Part shown: one piece after another, positions 9,829 to 18,234 of the stretch | Position numbering within the stretch: the first letter of the stretch is position 1 | Layout of the letters: every line of letters starts with the position of its first letter | The notes under the pieces: generated by a model | The model's input: the letters and a program-made list of their open reading frames with translations, nothing else | The model's database searches: none | What the model was told of the DNA's origin: nothing | Translations under genes and position numbers: made by a program | IMG/VR virus record: IMGVR_UViG_3300025646_005060 | Location: 1-64,000 of that record | Source: a virus | Reading direction: 5' to 3' (one strand) | Length of the DNA stretch: 64,000 bases

Positions 9829-10506
9829 TTATTTTTTAATCCAAAATGCGTTTCCAGTTCCATTCTTTATTTCATTATCAAGTCCTATAGAATGTAAAGA
9901 AAATTTATCATCTAAATAGTTTTTCAAATCATCCATAAAACATTGCCCATCATATATTTGATTGATTTTATTTTCAGACAATTGAACTTCCGCAAATATA
10001 GAAGAAACGTTATCTAAATTTGTTCCTTTCAGCACTTCAAGTTCTGCTCCTTGAACATCTATACTTAGAAGATCTATATTTTCTTTTATTATATTTTCTA
10101 GTTTATCAGATTTTACTTTAATTTTAAATACAGACTTGAAAGAATAACCACTATTATTATTTTCTATAACTGGATAAATCGAATCAGATCCAGGTGAAGA
10201 TGTTCTGTAAAAATAAATATCGCCTACGATATTGGATATGGCAATGTTGTGCAGTTCGCATCTTGGATTCGATCCATATTTTTGTTTTATAATGTCAAAA
10301 AATTCAGAAACTGGTTCAAAAATATAAATTTTAGCATTTTTATACAATTGCAAATAAATTTCTGCTTCCCAACAATGATATCCACCTACAATTGCTATCA
10401 CGTTAATATCATCTTTTGATTTGTTGATATATAAATTAAAATTTGATTCGATATCTCTTGATATAATATCGTATGCGTTGGATTCGTTGTAAATTATTGT
10501 TTTCAT
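9829..10506 (-). CDS. FkbM-family SAM methyltransferase
   Basis: IFEP, IDLLSIDVQGAELEVLKG and IFAEV. Confidence 0.85.
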   Translation of the reverse strand: MKTIIYNESNAYDIISRDIESNFNLYINKSKDDINVIAIVGGYHCWEAEIYLQLYKNAKIYIFEPVSEFFDIIKQKYGSNPRCELHNIAISNIVGDIYFYRTSSPGSDSIYPVIENNNSGYSFKSVFKIKVKSDKLENIIKENIDLLSIDVQGAELEVLKGTNLDNVSSIFAEVQLSENKINQIYDGQCFMDDLKNYLDDKFSLHSIGLDNEIKNGTGNAFWIKK

Positions 10507-12038
10507 TTTTGAGTCTCAGTTGTATTGGGGTCGAATAGGTAATGATACATTACTTTGTCTATATTAAAATTGTATTCGGATTTAATAAGTTTAGACTCTA
10601 ATAATCTATCACAGTAATCTGCATCTTCTGCAAAGTTTTTCTCTGGGAATTTAATTTGCCTAGCAAATTCAGTCCTTACTGGATTTAGATGATTGAGTGG
10701 TCTGTGTTGTTTTCCATCTTTCTTAAAATGCCCACCGTTGGCATTTGAATGATTAAACTCCATAACGGGGTTTCCAGAAACATAATATATTCCCCAAAAT
10801 CCAACACCATCATATAAATCAGTATCAAGAACATTGAGTATTTCACTTAAATACCATTTTGAAACAATATCATCATCGTCTATAAAGCAAACATATTTTC
10901 CTTTTGCTTTATCTAATATTTCATTTCGTTTTGTGCCTACAGATTTTTCTTTGTTATCTTCGGAAATGACAATTTCTATTCTGTGTGAAAACGTTACAGG
11001 ACAAGTTTTTTGTAATATGTTTAAAAGATTATTTAATTTTTCTTTTCTCTGTGGGAGTGTCAATATTCCTATGGTTAATAATATATCTTCTTTATTCATT
11101 TTATAATTTCTTTCAGTAGTTATTACTTCTTCTATGCGTCTGAAAAGATCTCTTCCATATTCTTTTGCTTTTTCATAATTTTTATCAATATATTTTTTCA
11201 TTTTATCATATGTTTTTTCATTTATAGAATTAACTTTTTCTAAAAAATCTTCATATGATTCGAATTGTATGATTCCTCTAATATCAAAAAAATCACCAAT
11301 ATTAGGACATCCCCAGTAAATTGGAACTGTTTTTGTTAATAAACAATCTATTAATTTTTCTGTAAAATAATTAACTTCAGAACTACTTTCAATTGCAATG
11401 CTAAACATTGAATTGTATAAATGAATTTTATCATCATTTGGAAGCAATCCATCGTGCAATGTATTTGAAAATTTCCCATCATTTGTGGGGTATCGCGTGC
11501 TGCTGTAAAAAACTGTATTGTTTTCTATTAATTCTTTTTTATTCCAAATCATACATCTCAAATTATAACCAGTTTTGCCCAAATGAGAAGTTGTAAGAAA
11601 TGATATATTATACTGTTTTGTGATATCACTTAATATCGATTCATCAAATACTCCAAGACTGTCATTATGTCTGGATTTATTTTTATTCAACCACGTTCCA
11701 CCGTATGGTAAAAATTTAGCATTTGGTAAATTTAATAATACCTCTTCTTCGGTGCAAATTATTAAATCATATTGATATCCATTAAAAATAATATTTTTAT
11801 TAGATTCTCTATTATATGATGAACTAGGTTCTGTATTACACACAAAAACTTTAAAAGAATTTTTATTTTCAAATTCAATAATCTTATCAACAATAGGTCT
11901 ATGTAAATAATTAGTAACATATTTGTGATCAATGCAGGTTGCAGTGTTCCCAAATCTGGTGAAATGAATTTCACATGGAAACTCAAATTCCATTGGATCA
12001 AATCCAAAATAATCAGCATTATATACAGTTGCTTTCAT
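10503..12038 (-). CDS. Bifunctional GT10 (alpha-1,3-fucosyltransferase-like) + GT2 glycosyltransferase
   Basis: FSIAIES..YFTEKLIDC..TVPIYWG (GT10), then LTIGILT...GKYVCFIDDDD...AED (GT2). Confidence 0.8.
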   Translation of the reverse strand: MKATVYNADYFGFDPMEFEFPCEIHFTRFGNTATCIDHKYVTNYLHRPIVDKIIEFENKNSFKVFVCNTEPSSSYNRESNKNIIFNGYQYDLIICTEEEVLLNLPNAKFLPYGGTWLNKNKSRHNDSLGVFDESILSDITKQYNISFLTTSHLGKTGYNLRCMIWNKKELIENNTVFYSSTRYPTNDGKFSNTLHDGLLPNDDKIHLYNSMFSIAIESSSEVNYFTEKLIDCLLTKTVPIYWGCPNIGDFFDIRGIIQFESYEDFLEKVNSINEKTYDKMKKYIDKNYEKAKEYGRDLFRRIEEVITTERNYKMNKEDILLTIGILTLPQRKEKLNNLLNILQKTCPVTFSHRIEIVISEDNKEKSVGTKRNEILDKAKGKYVCFIDDDDIVSKWYLSEILNVLDTDLYDGVGFWGIYYVSGNPVMEFNHSNANGGHFKKDGKQHRPLNHLNPVRTEFARQIKFPEKNFAEDADYCDRLLESKLIKSEYNFNIDKVMYHYLFDPNTTETQK

Positions 12039-12703
12039 TTCTTATTTCCCACTAAATTATAATTAACAAGTTCTTCAGTCAGACCCATTTCGCGAAGACT
12101 CTTTTCCTTTGACTCTCCATCAGCAACACCAATTGTTATCATTGCCACGGTTCCATCTGGTGGTAAATTGCCAGGCCATATGGCATAGTTCTGACCAAGC
12201 ATACCAATACGCATCTTTCCAAGATACTTTGGCATTACATAGTGCATCAAAATTTCATGATCAAATACTTTAATTCCTTTTTCGGAATTTTCATGACCTT
12301 CGCAAGCATCAACCCATGTTTTCAAGAATTCAATGGCAATTGGTGTGTAGTTGATATAGATTGGCGATGCCTTCGGTGTGGTGGGTTTCACATGTGGTGG
12401 CATTCCATCATAGGCAAATGCCATGTCACATTTATCTTGCAAATCATCAAATACCTTCAACTCGGCATGAATGAGTGAATCTACGTCCAACCAGACGAAT
12501 GGTTTCTTCTTATGCTCCAATGTCTTGAGAAGAAACTTTGGTTTTGCCAGACAATTTAAACGATACTCACCACGCGATTTCATCTTCTTGATGTCGTGGG
12601 GTATATTATTCTCATTGCAATTAATACGCAACCGTGCTGCATGATCGCTATAGTAAGTGCGATTGTCTATGTCGCAATAAAAGGAAACGATTTCAGTCTT
12701 CAT
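12035..12703 (-). CDS. Putative nucleotide-diphospho-sugar transferase (GT-A fold)
   Basis: KPKFL, VWLDVDS (DxD), FLKTW and DHE motifs. Confidence 0.65.
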   Translation of the reverse strand: MKTEIVSFYCDIDNRTYYSDHAARLRINCNENNIPHDIKKMKSRGEYRLNCLAKPKFLLKTLEHKKKPFVWLDVDSLIHAELKVFDDLQDKCDMAFAYDGMPPHVKPTTPKASPIYINYTPIAIEFLKTWVDACEGHENSEKGIKVFDHEILMHYVMPKYLGKMRIGMLGQNYAIWPGNLPPDGTVAMITIGVADGESKEKSLREMGLTEELVNYNLVGNKK

Positions 12704-13529
12704 AAATTAACCTGTATAATGTGTCGTCTGCGTTCTCTAACCTTTGAACCCTTTCAAAGTTATCACGAACAGCATCCATTTTAGATTGATAAAGATCTAT
12801 TGTCAAGTCTTTTGGATTAAATGATGGAGTTAATTCTATAATTCCATCCTTGTTAAACACATCACCGATGTCTGGTGCTCCCCAGTAAATCGGGATAGTT
12901 CCAGTGGCAAAGCAGTCTGTAAGTTTTTCAGTATAGTATGTTTCGTACTTATCGTTCTCGACTACAATCTGAAAACGATAGTCGTTCAGTGCCTCTTCCT
13001 TATCCCATGTGGTCTTGCCAATACGATTAGACCCATGAGCACCACCGAAGAGGTCTAAGGAGTCTCTGTAGATACGAGCAACGTTATGCCTTAGATTGTG
13101 ACCAAAGACAAAGGTCTTGGGCGATGCGACCATTGAAAGAGATCTTGTCTTGAAGAAGATCTGCTGATTCTTCGTCCATGGAAGATTTGATCCTGCTGGG
13201 CAATATCTTACATTTGGGTGCTTGCCCACCCACGATTTCTCAGATGTAAAGAGCAGATCGTATGAGTCGCAAATATTGTTGAATTGACTTTCCCACACAT
13301 CCCGTGGACATGACATGACATGAAAAATAGCACGGGATTCGCATACCCATGCTATTTTCTTTTCTCCAGGTTTCTTATCATAAGGTATACCCGAAAGTAT
13401 ACCACGATCAATGAAAACCTTTACTGGACAATCATCTGTCGTCCATTCAAATGTTTTTGGTTTTAAATCAGAGCAAGAGGAGTGCTGTATATCAAAGGGA
13501 GCACCAATCGCTTGGAATTTTGGTAACAT
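12693..13529 (-). CDS. GT10 alpha-1,3-fucosyltransferase-like glycosyltransferase
   Basis: YRFQIVVEN..YYTEKLTDCF..GTIPIYWG. Confidence 0.85.
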   Translation of the reverse strand: MLPKFQAIGAPFDIQHSSCSDLKPKTFEWTTDDCPVKVFIDRGILSGIPYDKKPGEKKIAWVCESRAIFHVMSCPRDVWESQFNNICDSYDLLFTSEKSWVGKHPNVRYCPAGSNLPWTKNQQIFFKTRSLSMVASPKTFVFGHNLRHNVARIYRDSLDLFGGAHGSNRIGKTTWDKEEALNDYRFQIVVENDKYETYYTEKLTDCFATGTIPIYWGAPDIGDVFNKDGIIELTPSFNPKDLTIDLYQSKMDAVRDNFERVQRLENADDTLYRLIYED

Positions 13530-13548
13530 AGTATAGAATCTCCATTAC

Positions 13549-13555
13549 TATGTAT
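13549..13555 (-). promoter_or_regulatory. Putative variant late promoter ATACATA at the head of the glycosylation island
   Basis: The same heptamer recurs upstream of gp19 and gp18; here it is followed by a GGAG RBS. Confidence 0.45.
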
Positions 13556-13950
13556 CACTTTCCAATGTGGTACTTTGGAATCAATTGCCAATTCTTTTTG
13601 TCTTTGTGAGGAATGATTTTTAGTCTGGCAAGCGACAATTGAGGAGAAGCATATGACTGCGAATCTACTGCTTCAACGAGTCCCCATTCGATGAGAAGTT
13701 TGACGATGGTGTTTCTTCTGCCGATGTCGTCGTCAGACATATCCGAATCCAACCCATCAAGAATAAACATTTCCTTAAAATGTACGATAGCATAACGACC
13801 TCTCTTGTGAAGAATATGACACGATTGATACAGTTTATTTTCAGTCTTTGATGATACCCCAATTCGGGTTAACGTTTCTTTGACTTTCAAGAAGTCTTCT
13901 TCTTTGTTTAGGCGGACTTCTACACCTACACCTTCAAAAATATCTTCCAT
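13555..13950 (-). CDS. regA: Translational repressor RegA
   Basis: DFLKVKETLTRIG, LYQSCHILHKRGRYAIVHFKE, RRNTI and W.L.PKY.IG. Confidence 0.97.
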   Translation of the reverse strand: MEDIFEGVGVEVRLNKEEDFLKVKETLTRIGVSSKTENKLYQSCHILHKRGRYAIVHFKEMFILDGLDSDMSDDDIGRRNTIVKLLIEWGLVEAVDSQSYASPQLSLARLKIIPHKDKKNWQLIPKYHIGK

Positions 13951-13973
13951 AATATCTCCATTATTACGAAAGA

Positions 13974-13981
13974 TATTTATA
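13974..13981 (-). promoter_or_regulatory. T4-type late promoter TATAAATA upstream of regA
   Basis: Exact motif in the intergenic gap, followed by a GGAG RBS. Confidence 0.65.
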
Positions 13982-13984
13982 TTT

Positions 13985-14356
13985 TTAACGTTTTTGACCC
14001 CCTCTTTGGGTCATCTGGCGCAGGGTTTCCATAGGAACCAAATCCAATACCTCTCTTGCGCGTGTGTCTGAATACCCATAGACCTCCTTGATAACCTCTA
14101 TGTCGGCATTCTCTTCAGATTTAATCCACTTGGAGAATCTCTTTCGCTTGGAGATGGATTCCCGCAGGTAATCATACTGCATCTTCTTGTCCAGAAACGA
14201 CACCTCATTCATACGGTTGGCATAAAAGATTGTGTCTGGAAAGTAAGAAAAGCACTTATTAACTACAAAAGGAACATAATCCTTCTCTAGACGGGGGTCT
14301 TTGAGAAGATCTTCCTTGGTCTGATTGATGGAATTAAGTATATCCGAAAGGTTCAT
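13985..14356 (-). CDS. gp62: Clamp loader small subunit (T4 gp62-like)
   Basis: LNSINQTK, YVPFVVN, QYDYL and KRKRFSKW; ATGA overlap with gp44. Confidence 0.93.
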   Translation of the reverse strand: MNLSDILNSINQTKEDLLKDPRLEKDYVPFVVNKCFSYFPDTIFYANRMNEVSFLDKKMQYDYLRESISKRKRFSKWIKSEENADIEVIKEVYGYSDTRAREVLDLVPMETLRQMTQRGGQKR

Positions 14357-15297
14357 GAGAATGCACAAGACATCATTAGTTGCACCAGACATGCCACCAG
14401 ATTGATCTCCTGGTCAGCAACGAACGCCGACTTGTACTGGTAGTCAGCGAGGATTAGGATTGCCTCTGGAATGCTCTGCTTCTCCAGATGGTCTGTAAGG
14501 GCATCGTAGATTTTACGGTAGATCTCCTGTGGAGATGTCTCTGCATTGATTGCTGCCCACCGACGAACTGAAGCAAAATCCTTACTGGACAATGCCTTCA
14601 TCAGACTGTTGATCTCAGCATCCTGAACGGATGAAAGGATACCAATGTCAATCTTACCCGACACCGAATACCTCTGAAGTTCATTCAGAATACGACGCAT
14701 GTCGGGAAAGTGCTTCATGATCAATTGACCAAGCACCTTCTTGTCAAATGTGATACCTTCCTTACCCAGAATATAGGAACATCGCTCCATCATCTGAGCA
14801 GCAATCTTCGGTTTCTCAGAATTTGGAAGCGAGAAGTCAATACAAGTGCATCGCGAATGAATCGGTTCAATGATACGAGACTTGTAATTGCATGTTAGAA
14901 CAAATCTACAGTTGTTTGAGAACTCCTCAATCGCACCACGAAGGGCGGGTTGAATGCTGTTGGCATTTGAGTAGTCAAACTCGTCTAGGATGACTACCTT
15001 CTTCACATCACCCGTCAGAGATACAGTACTGGCAAACTGACGAATCTTGGTTCGCAGTGTGTCAATGTTTCCTTCCTCTGAGCAGTTGATGATAATCCAA
15101 TCACAACCCATCTCATTACAGAGTGCCTTGGCAACGGTAGTCTTGCCCACTCCCGCAGATCCAGAGAATAGAAGGTTTTGTGGTTCTCCCTTAGCAACCA
15201 TGTCGCTGAAGGTTGACTTCAGCGACACGGGGAGAACACACTCTTCTATGGTCTGGGGACGATACTTCTCTACCCACAGAAAATTTTCAGGTTTCAT
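14353..15297 (-). CDS. gp44: Clamp loader large subunit (T4 gp44-like)
   Basis: LWVEKYRP, Walker A GSAGVGKTT, ILDEFD and SRC. Confidence 0.97.
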   Translation of the reverse strand: MKPENFLWVEKYRPQTIEECVLPVSLKSTFSDMVAKGEPQNLLFSGSAGVGKTTVAKALCNEMGCDWIIINCSEEGNIDTLRTKIRQFASTVSLTGDVKKVVILDEFDYSNANSIQPALRGAIEEFSNNCRFVLTCNYKSRIIEPIHSRCTCIDFSLPNSEKPKIAAQMMERCSYILGKEGITFDKKVLGQLIMKHFPDMRRILNELQRYSVSGKIDIGILSSVQDAEINSLMKALSSKDFASVRRWAAINAETSPQEIYRKIYDALTDHLEKQSIPEAILILADYQYKSAFVADQEINLVACLVQLMMSCAFS

Positions 15298-15984
15298 TTA
15301 ACCCCCATAGGTTGAAGTGTTTGCTTCCATGGCAAACCAGTACTTCAGTGAGATTGACTTATGAACAAACTCACCGACGATGTTCTTTGCAAAGTTGACT
15401 GTGTAATCTCCAGGAAGGATCTTGATGTTGTCCATCTTGAAGTTGAATTCAAACGGGGGTGCTTCTTCCGCATCACCAACAACGACCTTGTAACTATTCG
15501 TAGTTGGATCTGACAGATCAGAAACCTTGGCAAAGATCTTGCCATTTCGTTCGCGAACAAACGAAAGGTCTGGAAGTTGCATGACAGATGCTGCCTTCTG
15601 GAGTTCAGAGAACTGCTTTTCGGTAAGAGTAATACTCACCGAAATCTCTGGCATGATGACATCCTTGGTTGGGAACGACAGCAACTTTGGTTCTGAGTAA
15701 AAGTAGTTGACTACAGAATCTCCACCGTTCTTAATGCGGACACTCTTCTCACCGAAATCAAAAGTCGGATTATTGAAAAGACTGACTACACCAAGAAACT
15801 TGTTAAGATCCCAGATGCCAAATTCAACATCAAATGTTTCATCCACGGTTGCGACTGCCATTCCTGCCTTTGAAGGCGTAATGGTCTTAATTACATTACC
15901 AGGATTGACCAAAAGATTTGAATTTAGGTTTGAAAAGTTTTTTAGGATTGCTAGGGTATTCTTTGAAAAGGTCACTTGACTCAT
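15298..15984 (-). CDS. gp45: Sliding clamp (T4 gp45-like)
   Basis: TLAILKNF, FGIWDLNKFL and NIKILPGDY; synteny. Confidence 0.95.
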   Translation of the reverse strand: MSQVTFSKNTLAILKNFSNLNSNLLVNPGNVIKTITPSKAGMAVATVDETFDVEFGIWDLNKFLGVVSLFNNPTFDFGEKSVRIKNGGDSVVNYFYSEPKLLSFPTKDVIMPEISVSITLTEKQFSELQKAASVMQLPDLSFVRERNGKIFAKVSDLSDPTTNSYKVVVGDAEEAPPFEFNFKMDNIKILPGDYTVNFAKNIVGEFVHKSISLKYWFAMEANTSTYGG

Positions 15985-15989
15985 AATAT

Positions 15990-16160
15990 TCACCTCATGA
16001 ATTCATCTTCAAAATCGTCATTCTCAAAACCACTTTGCCAATATTCCTTAAGTTGGTGCTTGGACTTTACTCTTTCTGAATTTTTCTCCTTCTTGGAGAC
16101 TGACTTTAAATTCTTTTGTGGTTTTGGTTTCTCGTACTTATGCTTGTCATCGTTTCTCAT
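15990..16160 (-). CDS. Small basic/acidic hypothetical protein (56 aa)
   Basis: Below the ORF-track cut-off. Manual translation MRNDDKHKYEKPKPQKNLKSVSKKEKNSERVKSKHQLKEYWQSGFENDDFEDEFMR fills the gap upstream of gp45. Confidence 0.65.
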   Translation of the reverse strand: MRNDDKHKYEKPKPQKNLKSVSKKEKNSERVKSKHQLKEYWQSGFENDDFEDEFMR

Positions 16161-16169
16161 GTTTGCTCC

Positions 16170-16198
16170 ATTGTACCATACTAAAAGTTACAGTTCAA
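16170..16198 (-). promoter_or_regulatory. Sigma70-type early/middle promoter
   Basis: TTGAAC-17 nt-TACAAT with TGn extension, upstream of the small ORF-gp45-gp44-gp62 block. Confidence 0.6.
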
Positions 16199-16508
16199 CC
16201 CAAAAACTATTATTCCCTTCTTTTACAAAAGTATATTCTGCACCGTCTGTGGGTTTATACCAACGATCTCCAATATCTGTATTTACAGGGGTACGCTCTT
16301 GAATATAATACGCACTGTCGCCACCTAAAGAGCGCCAGTAATTATTACCCTCAATTGTTCCTGGAATTTTATTCTGGGTAGGTTTTATGGCAACATATTT
16401 TTCGCCATTATACTCTACGGTATCCCCTATTCTATAAAGAAATGGATTTCCGTCAACATCATACTGACGATACTTGCCACGAAAATTTACTTTATCAGAA
16501 GCATTCAT
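16188..16508 (-). CDS. Hypothetical protein with CBM5/12-like and fibre-type motifs
   Basis: YRIGDTVEYNGEKYVA...PG....W, then GDRWY...WVEL. Confidence 0.55.
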   Translation of the reverse strand: MNASDKVNFRGKYRQYDVDGNPFLYRIGDTVEYNGEKYVAIKPTQNKIPGTIEGNNYWRSLGGDSAYYIQERTPVNTDIGDRWYKPTDGAEYTFVKEGNNSFWVEL

Positions 16509-16509
16509 A

Positions 16510-18234
16510 TCAGTTATTTATCATCTTACTGAAATTATTCTTCTTCTCAAAATACACAACATTTGAAAATTTATCAACTAATTGATCAGACTTGTGACTG
16601 ATGACATACACATTGGCATTATTACTGACCATCTTAAGAAGTTTCATCAGTTCATCCATACCAACACCATCAAGAGACGAATCAAAAACCTCATCTAATA
16701 TTAGAAGATTACAACTAATACTGTTCTTAAGTCTGGCAATCTCTCTCCATGCGAGTACTAGTGCCAGATCTATACGCATCTTTTCGCCTTCGCTGAAGTT
16801 CATATAACTGAATTCATCGCGATATCTTGACTTGATCTGCTCATTGAATTCTTCATCTAGATTGAATTGAACAAAGAAATCCATAGCAGAAAGGAACTTG
16901 TTGATGTGCTTATTCATATGTGGAAGATAATACTTGATAATCTTGGTCTTAACTCCACCATCCTTCAAGAGTTCCGATGCCAACTCATGATACATGATTT
17001 CACTTGAAATTTCAGATCTCTCGTCTTCCAACTTCTCAAGTCCACCTTCAAGGTGTGAGAGTTTATCTTTTTCGGAAGAAATGTCACCAACCAGAGAAGA
17101 AGTATTGATTGTTTTTCTTATTCTTTCAATCTCTCTTTGATATGCTTCTGCTTCGTTTCGCTTGACATTTGCCTCTTGAATATTCTTCCTCAGATGTTCA
17201 AGGTTGGTTTCAATATCCCGAATGATATTCTCTACCTCTTCGATGTGCTCATTTGCGAAATCGATTCCAGAGTTCATATCGGATATCTCAATGTTTGTAG
17301 AGATGATCTTGTTCTTTTTCATCTCCTCTGAAATTGACTGTGAGCATGTAGGACAAACTTGATTCTCTCGAAAGAACTTGATGTCTTTTTCCTTTTGTTC
17401 TTTTTTGACTTCAAGTTCTGCTTTCTTTCTGTTGTATTCTTTAATCTTGTTTTTCTTTTCAAGAATATGATTTACAGCAGACTCAAAATTATTCTCATCA
17501 ATAGATGCTCCCTTTACTACGAGTTCGTGTTCAATGCTTTTTATCTTTTCTTCAAGTTCTTGAATTCTTGCTTCCTTCTCGGAATTGTCTTCATTGTTCT
17601 TTCTTTCAAGATTTTCAATATAACTCTTTTGAACTCCGATCTTTGACTTTTCAATTTCAAGTTTTGTATTAATATCTTTGTATGTTTCCTTGAAAGAAAG
17701 AATCTTTCCCTTAAGAACAACATTCATCGTACTAAAAATATTAATATCAAGAATATTTTCAATCACTGATCTGCGGTCAGCAGCACTCAGTTGCATGAAT
17801 GGAACAAAGGACGAACTTCCAAGTATCACGACTTGCGTGAATGTCTTGTAGTTCATCTTCAATATTTGATCTTCTAGAACTTGCTGATAATCAAGACTCT
17901 TTGCATCTTGGTTGACCAAGTCACCATTTCTATAAATCTCAAAAATTCTTGGTCCCTGTCCTCTGCGAACCAAGAATTTGTCAGATCCGCGACGAAACTC
18001 AATCTCTACAAGGCAACCCTTTTCGTTGATTGAATTGACTAACTGGGGAATGTTGATCTTACGAAAAGGTTTGCCAAATAGAGCATATGTGATTGAATCA
18101 AGAAAAGCAAAAGACTTACCAGATCCATTGTTTCCATGAATCAGAGTAGTGTTGTTCTTATCCAACACGATCTCTGTCATGTTCTTTCCAAACGAACCAA
18201 AGTTTTTAAATCTAACTTTTTCAAAGTAAATCAT
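16510..18234 (-). CDS. gp46: Recombination endonuclease ATPase subunit (gp46, Rad50/SbcC-like)
   Basis: GNNGSGKS Walker A, coiled coil with CPTC zinc hook, FSEGEKMRID signature, LILDE. Confidence 0.97.
   Translation of the reverse strand: MIYFEKVRFKNFGSFGKNMTEIVLDKNNTTLIHGNNGSGKSFAFLDSITYALFGKPFRKINIPQLVNSINEKGCLVEIEFRRGSDKFLVRRGQGPRIFEIYRNGDLVNQDAKSLDYQQVLEDQILKMNYKTFTQVVILGSSSFVPFMQLSAADRRSVIENILDINIFSTMNVVLKGKILSFKETYKDINTKLEIEKSKIGVQKSYIENLERKNNEDNSEKEARIQELEEKIKSIEHELVVKGASIDENNFESAVNHILEKKNKIKEYNRKKAELEVKKEQKEKDIKFFRENQVCPTCSQSISEEMKKNKIISTNIEISDMNSGIDFANEHIEEVENIIRDIETNLEHLRKNIQEANVKRNEAEAYQREIERIRKTINTSSLVGDISSEKDKLSHLEGGLEKLEDERSEISSEIMYHELASELLKDGGVKTKIIKYYLPHMNKHINKFLSAMDFFVQFNLDEEFNEQIKSRYRDEFSYMNFSEGEKMRIDLALVLAWREIARLKNSISCNLLILDEVFDSSLDGVGMDELMKLLKMVSNNANVYVISHKSDQLVDKFSNVVYFEKKNNFSKMINN

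Noticed and set aside
1814-13529. Island as a DNA hypermodification (glucosyl-hmC-type) locus
   Set aside because: No hydroxymethylase, nucleotide kinase or T4 agt/bgt-like gene in the window, and the enzyme families are surface-glycan types; not fully excluded
15295-15300. Read-through at the in-frame TAA-ATG between gp45 and gp44
   Set aside because: Both are well-known separate proteins; this is ordinary translational coupling
15976-16381. Plus-strand ORFs 15976..16302 and 16118..16381
   Set aside because: The region is better explained by two minus-strand ORFs and a minus-strand promoter
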